From Magallana gigas (taxonomy: Eukaryota): a stretch of 64,000 bases of DNA. This document shows, in pieces, positions 47,259 through 64,000 of this stretch (its first letter is position 1; each line of letters opens with the position of its first letter). A program made the position numbers and the translations under genes. The DNA is taken from the NCBI RefSeq assembly GCF_963853765.1, contig NC_088854.1, positions 20,150,001 through 20,214,000 on the forward strand, in the 5' to 3' direction. The notes under the pieces were generated by a model. That model was given only the letters and a program-made list of their open reading frames with translations. It did no database searches and was not told where the DNA came from.

Positions 47259-47630
47259 ATGCCACCCAAAGTTGGATCTAAAGGTTCTAAGAAAGCTGCC
47301 ACCAAGGCTAAGGCCCAGAGAACTGGGGACAAGAAGAAGCGCAGGAAGAGGAGGGAATCCTACGCTATCTACATCTACAAAGTCTTGAAACAGGTGCACC
47401 CAGACACTGGAGTTTCCAGCAAGGCCATGAGCATCATGAATTCTTTCGTCAATGACATCTTCGAGAGAATTGCCGCTGAGGCCTCCCGTCTGGCCCACTA
47501 CAACAAACGCTCAACCATCACCAGCAGAGAAATCCAGACTGCAGTCCGCCTTCTCCTGCCAGGTGAATTGGCCAAGCATGCTGTCTCTGAAGGTACCAAA
47601 GCTGTCACCAAGTACACCAGCAGCAAGTAA
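47259..47630 (+). CDS. H2B: Histone H2B, subtype B
   Basis: KKKRRKRR form. Confidence 0.99.
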   Translation: MPPKVGSKGSKKAATKAKAQRTGDKKKRRKRRESYAIYIYKVLKQVHPDTGVSSKAMSIMNSFVNDIFERIAAEASRLAHYNKRSTITSREIQTAVRLLLPGELAKHAVSEGTKAVTKYTSSK

Positions 47631-48554
47631 ACTGCAGGGATAGTTGACATAACCAAACGGCCCTTTTCAGGGCCACACAATTTTTTCGAAAAGCTACCAT
47701 CATTACAATACGCAGTTACTGGTACATTTAATTTGTGTTCAACAGTCATGATTGTTTCAAGACTATACATTCACTATCAAAATGAGTATCCATCTTCACA
47801 GAAACTGAAATTACAACAGGCTGTCACATCTAAGAATAAAAAAGTTCTGTCTCTATTACTGTACACCAATTACTTATTGATCTTCATTATTCAATATTAT
47901 CGTACAATTTAATATATCAAAACAGTGCAATCTACAATATGGTCATAAAATAATGAGCTAAACATTATCAGTGTCTGCTTTTCAATCATGATTAAAGTCA
48001 ATTTCACTGCCCTATCTTTTAATAGTTTTAATCCTTTTCACCATAGCAATTTAATATCATTTCAACATGTAAGATAATAAAAATACAATTCTGCAGTTTT
48101 CAATTAAAATTTCTGATTTCAATTACTTATTCTGTCATGTTTTAGACACGTACAAGAGAAATCAATGAGGGTTGGAGGATCAAATGACATGAATATATTT
48201 CTTTACATTATCATTTAATCAATGCGCAATAACTGACCTATTTAAAATTAAACAATAGTCATTTTCTGACATGTGAAATGTGGCTTACTTTAATATCATT
48301 CTTTGATTAGGCTAAGTGTAAAAGTGATTGTTCATAACTCATGTGACTTCCAACCACTCTTATTTCGAGTGCATGTGGCAGGGGAAATGAATGCTAACTC
48401 ATTACTAATGACAGGTAAAAGTGTAGTATGTCTCACAGAGTGTGTAGGTGTATTTCACAGCATTTGTGATAGAGGCATCTTTTCTAAAAGTTTGGTGGCC
48501 GTTAAAACGGCCGTTTGTTTGTTGTCAGTGCTGCAAGCACACAGGAGTGGCAGT

Positions 48555-48935
<381 letters not shown>

Positions 48936-49935
48936 TTACGACCCGTGAGAAGCCACCATACCTTGAAAAGTTCGGCAGCACAAACTAGGCGATTAGTAAA
49001 GTCAACGCTGATTGGCTAAGGTATAAACCCGCCTCGGGCCTTATCTGTTTTACATGGAATCCACATACACACATCTTACATATTTAACGTGTCGCTTTTC
49101 TTATCATAGTTTATACTTAATTTATATCATTAACTGTTACGAAATATTAAATATATATACATGTTTATATAAGTGTACTGCACACCTGTACAATTCATCG
49201 AAAAGAATTAAATTGGTAATAAATGAATGTGCAGTGTGTAAAAAAAAAAAAAAAAAACCAAAACAAACCAAAACAAAAAAAAGACAAAAAGAAAAAAAAC
49301 CTGATAAACAGAATGTATCAAATGGTATGAGGCAAAAGATATGGTTAGAGCCAGTAGCTAAAATCTAAGAGACATTAACTGATTTCACTAAATTAATGTA
49401 ATTTATTCAAAAGACACAATATGATTCCTGTATTCCTTCTCCATAAAGGAACATACTCCTATTTTAATAATAATTAGCAGATTGACCTTTAGGAACATCA
49501 TGACTATGTTATAAATCCATAATATAAGAATGATAATGGTATTTACATTTTTGTTATAATTAAAGATATCTTCTTCTTTCTTTTTTTTAATGTACACATT
49601 TGTGTTAGCTTGAGTTTTGCTCGCAGTGGGACAGTTACCATTTATAGCAATAGTTTTGACAGTTTGTGATATATCAATTCACTGTTTCTCATGTTGTCCA
49701 TTTGTTAAGAAAGTTTCCGCTGAAATATACCTGTATTGCTGTATTTATTTTATTCATGGGATATATATGTGTGCGTGTGTTTATGCGAGCCATCTTACAT
49801 ATATTTATTATAGATGAATGCACGCTTATTCAATAATTAGAGTATCAATTGTATGTAATGTGAAGGCATCTTTTCTAAAGGTTTTGGTGGCCGTGAAAAC
49901 GGCCGTTTTGAGTTTGTCAAGAGACAAAAGAGAAT

Positions 49936-50358
<423 letters not shown>

Positions 50359-51293
50359 TCAAATGAATGAATGAGCCAGACGGTCCTCTGTATACACTTT
50401 ATACCGAGTCGACGATTACCTGTCTGCTCTTCGATATCACAGCACCCCCACTAACGACAATCGCCATTGGTGATCTTGACCGAGAGAGGTGGTCAGCGAT
50501 TAGTCGATAATAACCCGTTCCGATTGGCCAGGTGAAAAAATCATTTCGATCCGGCTTTTGCACAGAATTTGTGTACTCCGAAAAATATCGTCCGTGTACT
50601 TAGTGGAACAAAACTTTTATTCCAATTATAACTAAAACTTATTTGATTTACATAAAGTATTAAACACCATCTATATTCTACAGGATGTAATTGATACTTT
50701 AAAAAAAGCAAAAACAAACTGATCAATTAAATAACAACCCATTAGAATATTGCACAACTTACATTCACTCAATATTTTAACCTATTGATTCTCTGGCATT
50801 AAAATGGGAATAGTATATGCTGAATGATCATCTGATATCTCAATTCAATTACAATAAACCCAGCATCATAACCCCCCCCCTCCCCCCTCCCCTAATAAAT
50901 AAATAAGTAAATAAAGATATAGATTTATCAAAGAGAAACATAAAAGATCTATAGTTCAGAAGATCTACGTCATATGCATTTATATGTTTTATCATTCATG
51001 ATTTAGCTAAGTAACAAAAGAACTTACTTTTATAGTTTGATTTGCACAGAAATATCCGGGCATGTAAGTCCAAAACACTAGTTGTAATTGTAAATACAGA
51101 CACAATGAGAGCCACTTGATTCTGGAAAGAGAGGGGAAAAAAATCTCAGGAAGACTGTATGTTTCAAAGTTCATCATGCAAACTATAAGGTGTAGCTATC
51201 CTGTTCAGTGTCAAAGAAAGAAGAAAGAAAGAAAGAATAATGTAACCAGAGTAGAATCATAATAAAATAATGTTAAAAAAAATGCATGTTTGT

Positions 51294-51357
<64 letters not shown>

Positions 51358-52092
51358 TGTTTCCTTTCAATCAGAATTCAGCATCACTAATCTTATGATA
51401 ATGTGTATCAACCCACTTTCTAGTTAGTCTACAACATATATGAATGATGTACATTATTTGTTGTACTCATATCGCTTAAGCCTTATAAATGTTGGATTTG
51501 AATAATGTAAATGCATGTATTTTTTTTTAGTGTATTCACTAAACAGACCTCAATCAATATCATGCAGTTAGTTGCAGGAGCAAAATAAAAAACAAAAAAC
51601 ACATTCATAGCTACGTTTGGTGTTTGTTTTTTCCCTCATCTCACCCCCCACCCATAATTTTTCTTTCAAATCTTCATTACTACTCCTGTAAATTTTACTA
51701 CTCGACTATTCATACTCTGGTCTGTAGCCGTGAACATTATGAAAAAAAGCATGCACCTTGCATTACAAACCCTTGCCATGTTACTCATTTACAATTTGCT
51801 TATATCTCCTTTTTAATATCTTATTTGTGAGTTTGTGTTGTTAATGCCCCCCCCCCTTCCCCCTTCTGAACCATACCATAGTCAGATATGAATTAATAAT
51901 ATGTAATAACACATTATCACAGAAAAACTAGAAGGGGCTTAATGTACCTGTATAAAGTGTATATGAATTCATTGTACTTGCATGTTTCTTTGCAACTTGC
52001 ATTTGTAATTAAGACATCTTTTCGAAAAATATTGGTAGCCCTGAAAAGGGCTTTTGTTGAAGGTTTGCAATCTGCAATGATGCTATGATTGC

Positions 52093-52692
52093 TTATTTTT
52101 TAGCTGCTGTCTTCTTGGGAGTCTTGGCTTTCTTTGGCTTGGCTGCTGCTGCTTTTTTCGGAGTCTTGGCCTTCTTTGGCTTGGCTGCTGCCTTCTTAGG
52201 GGATTTGGCTGCCGTCTTCTTCTTGGGTGTCTTAACTTTCTTAGGTCCAGCTGCTTTCTTGGGGGACTTCTTCTTCTTCTCAGCAGTCTTTTTCTCCCCT
52301 GCCGCCTTCCTGGGCTTAACAGCTGTGGCCTTCTTTGGTTTGGCTGCCTTGGGTTTGGTGACTTTCTTCGCCTTTGGTTTTTTCTCTGTCTTTGGCTTGT
52401 CTCCTAACTTGAAAGAGCCAGTGGCGCCTGTTCCTTTGGCTTGTTTCAGAGCGCCTTTCTTCACTCCGTTCTTGAGTGCCATTTTAAGGTGGACATTAAT
52501 GGGGTTGACGTCGTTTCCCACTTTAAAGTTGGCCATTATGTACTTCAGAATGGCCTGTCTGGAAGATCCACCACGCTCTTTCAGGGATTCCAAGGCGGCC
52601 CTGATCATATCAACGTACTTGGGGTGTGCTGCAGGTACCTTAGGCTTAGTAACCTTCTTCTTGACTGGGGTTGTGGTTGCTGTGTCTGCCAT
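52093..52692 (-). CDS. H1: Histone H1, subtype B
   Basis: Same protein as 33246-33845. Confidence 0.97.
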   Translation of the reverse strand: MADTATTTPVKKKVTKPKVPAAHPKYVDMIRAALESLKERGGSSRQAILKYIMANFKVGNDVNPINVHLKMALKNGVKKGALKQAKGTGATGSFKLGDKPKTEKKPKAKKVTKPKAAKPKKATAVKPRKAAGEKKTAEKKKKSPKKAAGPKKVKTPKKKTAAKSPKKAAAKPKKAKTPKKAAAAKPKKAKTPKKTAAKK

Positions 52693-54168
52693 GGCTTCGG
52701 ACGAAACGAAAACGCTGTACAATTCACTGCGAACTAATACGAGGAAATAGTGAAGTCTCACGCTCTCGCTGCTTTTGTTTACAGCGGGCGCGGACGTCCT
52801 CGAAAACATCCCTTAAAATCGAAGCGCATATGCATAGTAGAATCGATGTGTGTTTTGATGCCGATGTTTACATCCTTGCTGCGCCGTTTAATGAGTACCG
52901 ATTGCAGCTATTTTATGAAAATCACATTGTGTGGATATATCCCTACCATATCATCTGCATATTTTACGTAAATTCTCCGCTAAAGGAACTCAAATGAAAG
53001 GAAAACGTAGGACAGAGTAGCAAATTCCAACTCCAAATGCCGATAAAGTCACGCAATGTCTTTAAAATTGATAATTATTCACAGAAAATTACATTTTTTT
53101 AACGTCCAACATACAGACATAAGTGTATTTTATATCGTCTATTGTGTAGAAGGCCCATACATATCTTCTTTTAAGTGAAATTCACACCAGGTCCATACAC
53201 CCAGAAACACACGATACACAGAACAAGAGCAAGAGAGAATTATAAATTTTTTAAGTTGTCAGAAAGAAAAACAAATAAATATAATAAAAAAAGAAAGAAA
53301 AAGTCGTCACTTTAATAATAATATCAAAATATTCAGTGGCAAAAGTCATAGGATTTTTTGAAAAATAAAGAAAATTGAATTACATTATCTACTTTACGCG
53401 AAGTGCGATGTACAGTATAGTACGTGCAAGAAAACGGCGTTATGTTAACAAATGCACATACAGTCAAAAAGCATATCAACATAAATATAGATATACTAAG
53501 GTAGTAGTTGATCATGAATTGGGAAAAAAACGGGTGATGAATGACGTGAATAAATAATTAGTTCATTTGTGCAATCATGATAACATTGCCAAAACTGCAG
53601 TTTTCACGTGTGCACATCTTACTTAGACCTTAATTTGTAATGCGCAGACCATGCATACGTAGGTGAATGTACATTCACCGTTTTGATATCAATTCAAATA
53701 GAAAAAGAATAATAATAATAATAATAAAATAACGCACAAATGATCTCCCCCATGAAACACTGTATAAAATCAGAATCGGATGTCGCAATTGTTCAAGTAC
53801 ATATCATTCTAACATTATGCGTGCATTTATATCACTAGTTTAACCAATGAGCATGATCGAGATTTGAGCTCAAATTTTAATTTTTTCACACACTAATGTA
53901 TTTTTGAGGGGTAACTGATATAAATTAAATTTGTGTTTAGCATTTGAGAGCGTTGGAACAACATCAAATTGGATATTAATTGAACATGAATAGAAATTTA
54001 TGTAATAGGTTGACGGTGTGTGGCAATGCATTCAATAAACGTGTAATGGGTATCTGCATTGTATATGTGTGCTTAATTACATGCTATAGAGACATCTTTT
54101 CGAAAAATATGGGTGGCCGTGAAAACGGCCGTTTGGTACAGACAAGTCAAGTCGACAGGGCTGACTTT

Positions 54169-54588
<420 letters not shown>

Positions 54589-54816
54589 TCAACGAATAAC
54601 ACGCCATGCGCTGCGCCACTCTATTTAAACACTTCCACGGATTGAGATGATCCACCAATCACAGCGCTCGTTTTAAACGCACCTCGGGCGTCCTGACCAA
54701 TATGATGTTTACAAAGACGTCCGCAATTTACCTGTACGCTTCAATCCGCCTCGTGTTATATATAAATCTACCGAGAGCAATGCGCCATTCATTGTCTCAG
54801 TCTTCACACTGTAAAC

Positions 54817-55188
54817 ATGCCACCCAAAGTTGGATCTAAAGGTTCTAAGAAAGCTGCCACCAAGGCTAAGGCCCAGAGAACTGGGGACAAGAAGAAGCGC
54901 AGGAAGAGGAGGGAATCCTACGCTATCTACATCTACAAAGTCTTGAAACAGGTGCACCCAGACACTGGAGTTTCCAGCAAGGCCATGAGCATCATGAATT
55001 CTTTCGTCAATGACATCTTCGAGAGAATTGCCGCTGAGGCCTCCCGTCTGGCCCACTACAACAAACGCTCAACCATCACCAGCAGAGAAATCCAGACTGC
55101 AGTCCGCCTTCTCCTGCCAGGTGAATTGGCCAAGCATGCTGTCTCTGAAGGTACCAAAGCTGTCACCAAGTACACCAGCAGCAAGTAA
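54817..55188 (+). CDS. H2B: Histone H2B, subtype B
   Basis: KKKRRKRR form. Confidence 0.99.
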   Translation: MPPKVGSKGSKKAATKAKAQRTGDKKKRRKRRESYAIYIYKVLKQVHPDTGVSSKAMSIMNSFVNDIFERIAAEASRLAHYNKRSTITSREIQTAVRLLLPGELAKHAVSEGTKAVTKYTSSK

Positions 55189-56112
55189 ACTGCAGGGATA
55201 GTTGACATAACCAAACGGCCCTTTTCAGGGCCACACAATTTTTTCGAAAAGCTACCATCATTACAATACGCAGTTACTGGTACATTTAATTTGTGTTCAA
55301 CAGTCATGATTGTTTCAAGACTATACATTCACTATCAAAATGAGTATCCATCTTCACAGAAACTGAAATTACAACAGGCTGTCACATCTAAGAATAAAAA
55401 AGTTCTGTCTCTATTACTGTACACCAATTACTTATTGATCTTCATTATTCAATATTATCGTACAATTTAATATATCAAAACAGTGCAATCTACAATATGG
55501 TCATAAAATAATGAGCTAAACATTATCAGTGTCTGCTTTTCAATCATGATTAAAGTCAATTTCACTGCCCTATCTTTTAATAGTTTTAATCCTTTTCACC
55601 ATAGCAATTTAATATCATTTCAACATGTAAGATAATAAAAATACAATTCTGCAGTTTTCAATTAAAATTTCTGATTTCAATTACGTATTCTGTCATGTTT
55701 TAGACACGTACAAGAGAAATCAATGAGGGTTGGAGGATCAAATGACATGAATATATTTCTTTACATTATCATTTAATCAATGCGCAATAACTGACCTATT
55801 TAAAATTAAACAATAGTCATTTTCTGACATGTGAAATGTGGCTTACTTTAATATCATTCTTTGATTAGGCTAAGTGTAAAAGTGATTGTTCATAACTCAT
55901 GTGACTTCCAACCACTCTTATTTCGAGTGCATGTGGCAGGGGAAATGAATGCTAACTCATTACTAATGACAGGTAAAAGTGTAGTATGTCTCACAGAGTG
56001 TGTAGGTGTATTTCACAGCATTTGTGATAGAGGCATCTTTTCTAAAAGTTTGGTGGCCGTTAAAACGGCCGTTTGTTTGTTGTCAGTGCTGCAAGCACAC
56101 AGGAGTGGCAGT

Positions 56113-56493
<381 letters not shown>

Positions 56494-57493
56494 TTACGAC
56501 CCGTGAGAAGCCACCATACCTTGAAAAGTTCGGCAGCACAAACTAGGCGATTAGTAAAGTCAACGCTGATTGGCTAAGGTATAAACCCGCCTCGGGCCTT
56601 ATCTGTTTTACATGGAATCCACATACACACATCTTACATATTTAACGTGTCGCTTTTCTTATCATAGTTTATACTTAATTTATATCATTAACTGTTACGA
56701 AATATTAAATATATATACATGTTTATATAAGTGTACTGCACACCTGTACAATTCATCGAAAAGAATTAAATTGGTAATAAATGAATGTGCAGTGTGTAAA
56801 AAAAAAAAAAAAAAACCAAAACAAACCAAAACAAAAAAAAGACAAAAAGAAAAAAAACCTGATAAACAGGATGTATCAAATGGTATGAGGCAAAAGATAT
56901 GGTTAGAGCCAGTAGCTAAAATCTAAGAGACATTAACTGATTTCACTAAATTAATGTAATTTATTCAAAAGACACAATATGATTCCTGTATTCCTTCTCC
57001 ATAAAGGAACATACTCCTATTTTAATAATAATTAGCAGATTGACCTTTAGGAACATCATGACTATGTTATAAATCCATAATATAAGAATGATAATGGTAT
57101 TTACATTTTTGTTATAATTAAAGATATCTTCTTCTTTCTTTTTTTTAATGTACACATTTGTGTTAGCTTGAGTTTTGCTCGCAGTGGGACAGTTACCATT
57201 TATAGCAATAGTTTTGACAGTTTGTGATATATCAATTCACTGTTTCTCATGTTGTCCATTTGTTAAGAAAGTTTCCGCTGAAATATACCTGTATTGCTGT
57301 ATTTATTTTATTCATGGGATATATATGTGTGCGTGTGTTTATGCGAGCCATCTTACATATATTTATTATAGATGAATGCACGCTTATTCAATAATTAGAG
57401 TATCAATTGTATGTAATGTGAAGGCATCTTTTCTAAAGGTTTTGGTGGCCGTGAAAACGGCCGTTTTGAGTTTGTCAAGAGACAAAAGAGAAT

Positions 57494-57916
<423 letters not shown>

Positions 57917-58852
57917 TCAAATGAATGAATGAGCCAGACGGTCCTCTGTATACACTTTATACCGAGTCGACGATTACCTGTCTGCTCTTCGATATCACAG
58001 CACCCCCACTAACGACAATCGCCATTGGTGATCTTGACCGAGAGAGGTGGTCAGCGATTAGTCGATAATAACCCGTTCCGATTGGCCAGGTGAAAAAATC
58101 ATTTCGATCCGGCTTTTGCACAGAATTTGTGTACTCCGAAAAATATCGTCCGTGTACTTAGTGGAACAAAACTTTTATTCCAATTATAACTAAAACTTAT
58201 TTGATTTACATAAAGTATTAAACACCATCTATATTCTACAGGATGTAATTGATACTTTAAAAAAAGCAAAAACAAACTGATCAATTAAATAACAACCCAT
58301 TAGAATATTGCACAACTTACATTCACTCAATATTTTAACCTATTGATTCTCTGGCATTAAAATGGGAATAGTATATGCTGAATGATCATCTGATATCTCA
58401 ATTCAATTACAATAAACCCAGCATCATAACCCCCCCCCCTCCCCCCTCCCCTAATAAATAAATAAGTAAATAAAGATATAGATTTATCAAAGAGAAACAT
58501 AAAAGATCTATAGTTCAGAAGATCTACGTCATATGCATTTATATGTTTTATCATTCATGATTTAGCTAAGTAACAAAAGAACTTACTTTTATAGTTTGAT
58601 TTGCACAGAAATATCCGGGCATGTAAGTCCAAAACACTAGTTGTAATTGTAAATACAGACACAATGAGAGCCACTTGATTCTGGAAAGAGAGGGGAAAAA
58701 AATCTCAGGAAGACTGTATGTTTCAAAGTTCATCATGCAAACTATAAGGTGTAGCTATCCTGTTCAGTGTCAAAGAAAGAAGAAAGAAAGAAAGAATAAT
58801 GTAACCAGAGTAGAATCATAATAAAATAATGTTAAAAAAAATGCATGTTTGT

Positions 58853-58914
<62 letters not shown>

Positions 58915-59648
58915 TGTTTCCTTTCAATCAGAATTCAGCATCACTAATCTTATGATAATGTGTATCAACCCACTTTCTAGTTAGTCTACAACATATATGA
59001 ATGATGTACATTATTTGTTGTACTCATATCGCTTAAGCCTTATAAATGTTGGATTTGAATAATGTAAATGCATGTATTTTTTTTTAGTGTATTCACTAAA
59101 CAGACCTCAATCAATATCATGCAGTTAGTTGCAGGAGCAAAATAAAAAACAAAAAACACATTCATAGCTACGTTTGGTGTTTGTTTTTTCCCTCATCTCA
59201 CCCCCCACCCATAATTTTTCTTTCAAATCTTCATTACTACTCCTGTAAATTTTACTACTCGACTATTCATACTCTGGTCTGTAGCCGTGAACATTATGAA
59301 AAAAAGCATGCACCTTGCATTACAAACCCTTGCCATGTTACTCATTTACAATTTGCTTATATCTCCTTTTTAATATCTTATTTGTGAGTTTGTGTTGTTA
59401 ATGCCCCCCCCCTTCCCCCTTCTGAACCATACCATAGTCAGATATGAATTAATAATATGTAATAACACATTATCACAGAAAAACTAGAAGGGGCTTAATG
59501 TACCTGTATAAAGTGTATATGAATTCATTGTACTTGCATGTTTCTTTGCAACTTGCATTTGTAATTAAGACATCTTTTCGAAAAATATTGGTAGCCCTGA
59601 AAAGGGCTTTTGTTGAAGGTTTGCAATCTGCAATGATGCTATGATTGC

Positions 59649-60248
59649 TTATTTTTTAGCTGCTGTCTTCTTGGGAGTCTTGGCTTTCTTTGGCTTGGCT
59701 GCTGCTGCTTTTTTCGGAGTCTTGGCCTTCTTTGGCTTGGCTGCTGCCTTCTTAGGGGATTTGGCTGCCGTCTTCTTCTTGGGTGTCTTAACTTTCTTAG
59801 GTCCAGCTGCTTTCTTGGGGGACTTCTTCTTCTTCTCAGCAGTCTTTTTCTCCCCTGCCGCCTTCCTGGGCTTAACAGCTGTGGCCTTCTTTGGTTTGGC
59901 TGCCTTGGGTTTGGTGACTTTCTTCGCCTTTGGTTTTTTCTCTGTCTTTGGCTTGTCTCCTAACTTGAAAGAGCCAGTGGCGCCTGTTCCTTTGGCTTGT
60001 TTCAGAGCGCCTTTCTTCACTCCGTTCTTGAGTGCCATTTTAAGGTGGACATTAATGGGGTTGACGTCGTTTCCCACTTTAAAGTTGGCCATTATGTACT
60101 TCAGAATGGCCTGTCTGGAAGATCCACCACGCTCTTTCAGGGATTCCAAGGCGGCCCTGATCATATCAACGTACTTGGGGTGTGCTGCAGGTACCTTAGG
60201 CTTAGTAACCTTCTTCTTGACTGGGGTTGTGGTTGCTGTGTCTGCCAT
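59649..60248 (-). CDS. H1: Histone H1, subtype B
   Basis: Same protein as 33246-33845. Confidence 0.97.
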   Translation of the reverse strand: MADTATTTPVKKKVTKPKVPAAHPKYVDMIRAALESLKERGGSSRQAILKYIMANFKVGNDVNPINVHLKMALKNGVKKGALKQAKGTGATGSFKLGDKPKTEKKPKAKKVTKPKAAKPKKATAVKPRKAAGEKKTAEKKKKSPKKAAGPKKVKTPKKKTAAKSPKKAAAKPKKAKTPKKAAAAKPKKAKTPKKTAAKK

Positions 60249-61724
60249 GGCTTCGGACGAAACGAAAACGCTGTACAATTCACTGCGAACTAATACGAGG
60301 AAATAGTGAAGTCTCACGCTCTCGCTGCTTTTGTTTACAGCGGGCGCGGACGTCCTCGAAAACATCCCTTAAAATCGAAGCGCATATGCATAGTAGAATC
60401 GATGTGTGTTTTGATGCCGATGTTTACATCCTTGCTGCGCCGTTTAATGAGTACCGATTGCAGCTATTTTATGAAAATCACATTGTGTGGATATATCCCT
60501 ACCATATCATCTGCATATTTTACGTAAATTCTCCGCTAAAGGAACTCAAATGAAAGGAAAACGTAGGACAGAGTAGCAAATTCCAACTCCAAATGCCGAT
60601 AAAGTCACGCAATGTCTTTAAAATTGATAATTATTCACAGAAAATTACATTTTTTTAACGTCCAACATACAGACATAAGTGTATTTTATATCGTCTATTG
60701 TGTAGAAGGCCCATACATATCTTCTTTTAAGTGAAATTCACACCAGGTCCATACACCCAGAAACACACGATACACAGAACAAGAGCAAGAGAGAATTATA
60801 AATTTTTTAAGTTGTCAGAAAGAAAAACAAATAAATATAATAAAAAAAGAAAGAAAAAGTCGTCACTTTAATAATAATATCAAAATATTCAGTGGCAAAA
60901 GTCATAGGATTTTTTGAAAAATAAAGAAAATTGAATTACATTATCTACTTTACGCGAAGTGCGATGTACAGTATAGTACGTGCAAGAAAACGGCGTTATG
61001 TTAACAAATGCACATACAGTCAAAAAGCATATCAACATAAATATAGATATACTAAGGTAGTAGTTGATCATGAATTGGGAAAAAAACGGGTGATGAATGA
61101 CGTGAATAAATAATTAGTTCATTTGTGCAATCATGATAACATTGCCAAAACTGCAGTTTTCACGTGTGCACATCTTACTTAGACCTTAATTTGTAATGCG
61201 CAGACCATGCATACGTAGGTGAATGTACATTCACCGTTTTGATATCAATTCAAATAGAAAAAGAATAATAATAATAATAATAAAATAACGCACAAATGAT
61301 CTCCCCCATGAAACACTGTATAAAATCAGAATCGGATGTCGCAATTGTTCAAGTACATATCATTCTAACATTATGCGTGCATTTATATCACTAGTTTAAC
61401 CAATGAGCATGATCGAGATTTGAGCTCAAATTTTAATTTTTTCACACACTAATGTATTTTTGAGGGGTAACTGATATAAATTAAATTTGTGTTTAGCATT
61501 TGAGAGCGTTGGAACAACATCAAATTGGATATTAATTGAACATGAATAGAAATTTATGTAATAGGTTGACGGTGTGTGGCAATGCATTCAATAAACGTGT
61601 AATGGGTATCTGCATTGTATATGTGTGCTTAATTACATGCTATAGAGACATCTTTTCGAAAAATATGGGTGGCCGTGAAAACGGCCGTTTGGTACAGACA
61701 AGTCAAGTCGACAGGGCTGACTTT

Positions 61725-62144
<420 letters not shown>

Positions 62145-62372
62145 TCAACGAATAACACGCCATGCGCTGCGCCACTCTATTTAAACACTTCCACGGATTG
62201 AGATGATCCACCAATCACAGCGCTCGTTTTAAACGCACCTCGGGCGTCCTGACCAATATGATGTTTACAAAGACGTCCGCAATTTACCTGTACGCTTCAA
62301 TCCGCCTCGTGTTATATATAAATCTACCGAGAGCAATGCGCCATTCATTGTCTCAGTCTTCACACTGTAAAC

Positions 62373-62744
62373 ATGCCACCCAAAGTTGGATCTAAAGGTT
62401 CTAAGAAAGCTGCCACCAAGGCTAAGGCCCAGAGAACTGGGGACAAGAAGAAGCGCAGGAAGAGGAGGGAATCCTACGCTATCTACATCTACAAAGTCTT
62501 GAAACAGGTGCACCCAGACACTGGAGTTTCCAGCAAGGCCATGAGCATCATGAATTCTTTCGTCAATGACATCTTCGAGAGAATTGCCGCTGAGGCCTCC
62601 CGTCTGGCCCACTACAACAAACGCTCAACCATCACCAGCAGAGAAATCCAGACTGCAGTCCGCCTTCTCCTGCCAGGTGAATTGGCCAAGCATGCTGTCT
62701 CTGAAGGTACCAAAGCTGTCACCAAGTACACCAGCAGCAAGTAA
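62373..62744 (+). CDS. H2B: Histone H2B, subtype B
   Basis: KKKRRKRR form. Confidence 0.99.
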   Translation: MPPKVGSKGSKKAATKAKAQRTGDKKKRRKRRESYAIYIYKVLKQVHPDTGVSSKAMSIMNSFVNDIFERIAAEASRLAHYNKRSTITSREIQTAVRLLLPGELAKHAVSEGTKAVTKYTSSK

Positions 62745-63668
62745 ACTGCAGGGATAGTTGACATAACCAAACGGCCCTTTTCAGGGCCACACAATTTTTT
62801 CGAAAAGCTACCATCATTACAATACGCAGTTACTGGTACATTTAATTTGTGTTCAACAGTCATGATTGTTTCAAGACTATACATTCACTATCAAAATGAG
62901 TATCCATCTTCACAGAAACTGAAATTACAACAGGCTGTCACATCTAAGAATAAAAAAGTTCTGTCTCTATTACTGTACACCAATTACTTATTGATCTTCA
63001 TTATTCAATATTATCGTACAATTTAATATATCAAAACAGTGCAATCTACAATATGGTCATAAAATAATGAGCTAAACATTATCAGTGTCTGCTTTTCAAT
63101 CATGATTAAAGTCAATTTCACTGCCCTATCTTTTAATAGTTTTAATCCTTTTCACCATAGCAATTTAATATCATTTCAACATGTAAGATAATAAAAATAC
63201 AATTCTGCAGTTTTCAATTAAAATTTCTGATTTCAATTACGTATTCTGTCACGTTTTAGACACGTACAAGAGAAATCAATGAGGGTTGGAGGATCAAATG
63301 ACATGAATATATTTCTTTACATTATCATTTAATCAATGCGCAATAACTGACCTATTTAAAATTAAACAATAGTCATTTTCTGACATGTGAAATGTGGCTT
63401 ACTTTAATATCATTCTTTGATTAGGCTAAGTGTAAAAGTGATTGTTCATAACTCATGTGACTTCCAACCACTCTTATTTCGAGTGCATGTGGCAGGGGAA
63501 ATGAATGCTAACTCATTACTAATGACAGGTAAAAGTGTAGTATGTCTCACAGAGTGTGTAGGTGTATTTCACAGCATTTGTGATAGAGGCATCTTTTCTA
63601 AAAGTTTGGTGGCCGTTAAAACGGCCGTTTGTTTGTTGTCAGTGCTGCAAGCACACAGGAGTGGCAGT

Positions 63669-63998
<330 letters not shown>

Positions 63999-64000
63999 TG

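Overview
The whole window is a tandem array of replication-dependent histone gene quintets: H1(-), H2A(-), H2B(+), H4(-), H3(-), in a unit of about 7.5 kb. The genes are intronless and each has a 3' stem-loop and a downstream element. The H1 and H2B sequences look like those of a bivalve mollusc or other lophotrochozoan (inference, no search run). The array has four parts. (1) 1-31684: about 4.2 near-identical subtype A units (periods 7501, 7505, 7505, 7505). (2) After a 200-N gap, 31885-37041: an inverted block with H1(+) and H3(+), split by a 231-N gap; its right half is a third variant (C). (3) A gap-free inversion junction at 37041 that fuses the H4 upstream spacer to a headless H1 promoter. 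(4) 37041-64000: about 3.6 subtype B units (periods about 7546-7559), the first carrying a 618-bp 5'-truncated non-LTR retrotransposon downstream of H2A. A and B differ in H2B protein (KKRRRRRR vs KKKRRKRR), H1 length and several promoter elements. One H2A copy encodes S1A. I found no 5S, tRNA or snRNA gene and no novel protein-coding system. The best leads are the inversion junction, the retroelement, the two H2B isoform subarrays and a non-canonical stem-loop/HDE. Copy comparisons were made by eye, and assembly artefacts cannot be excluded.
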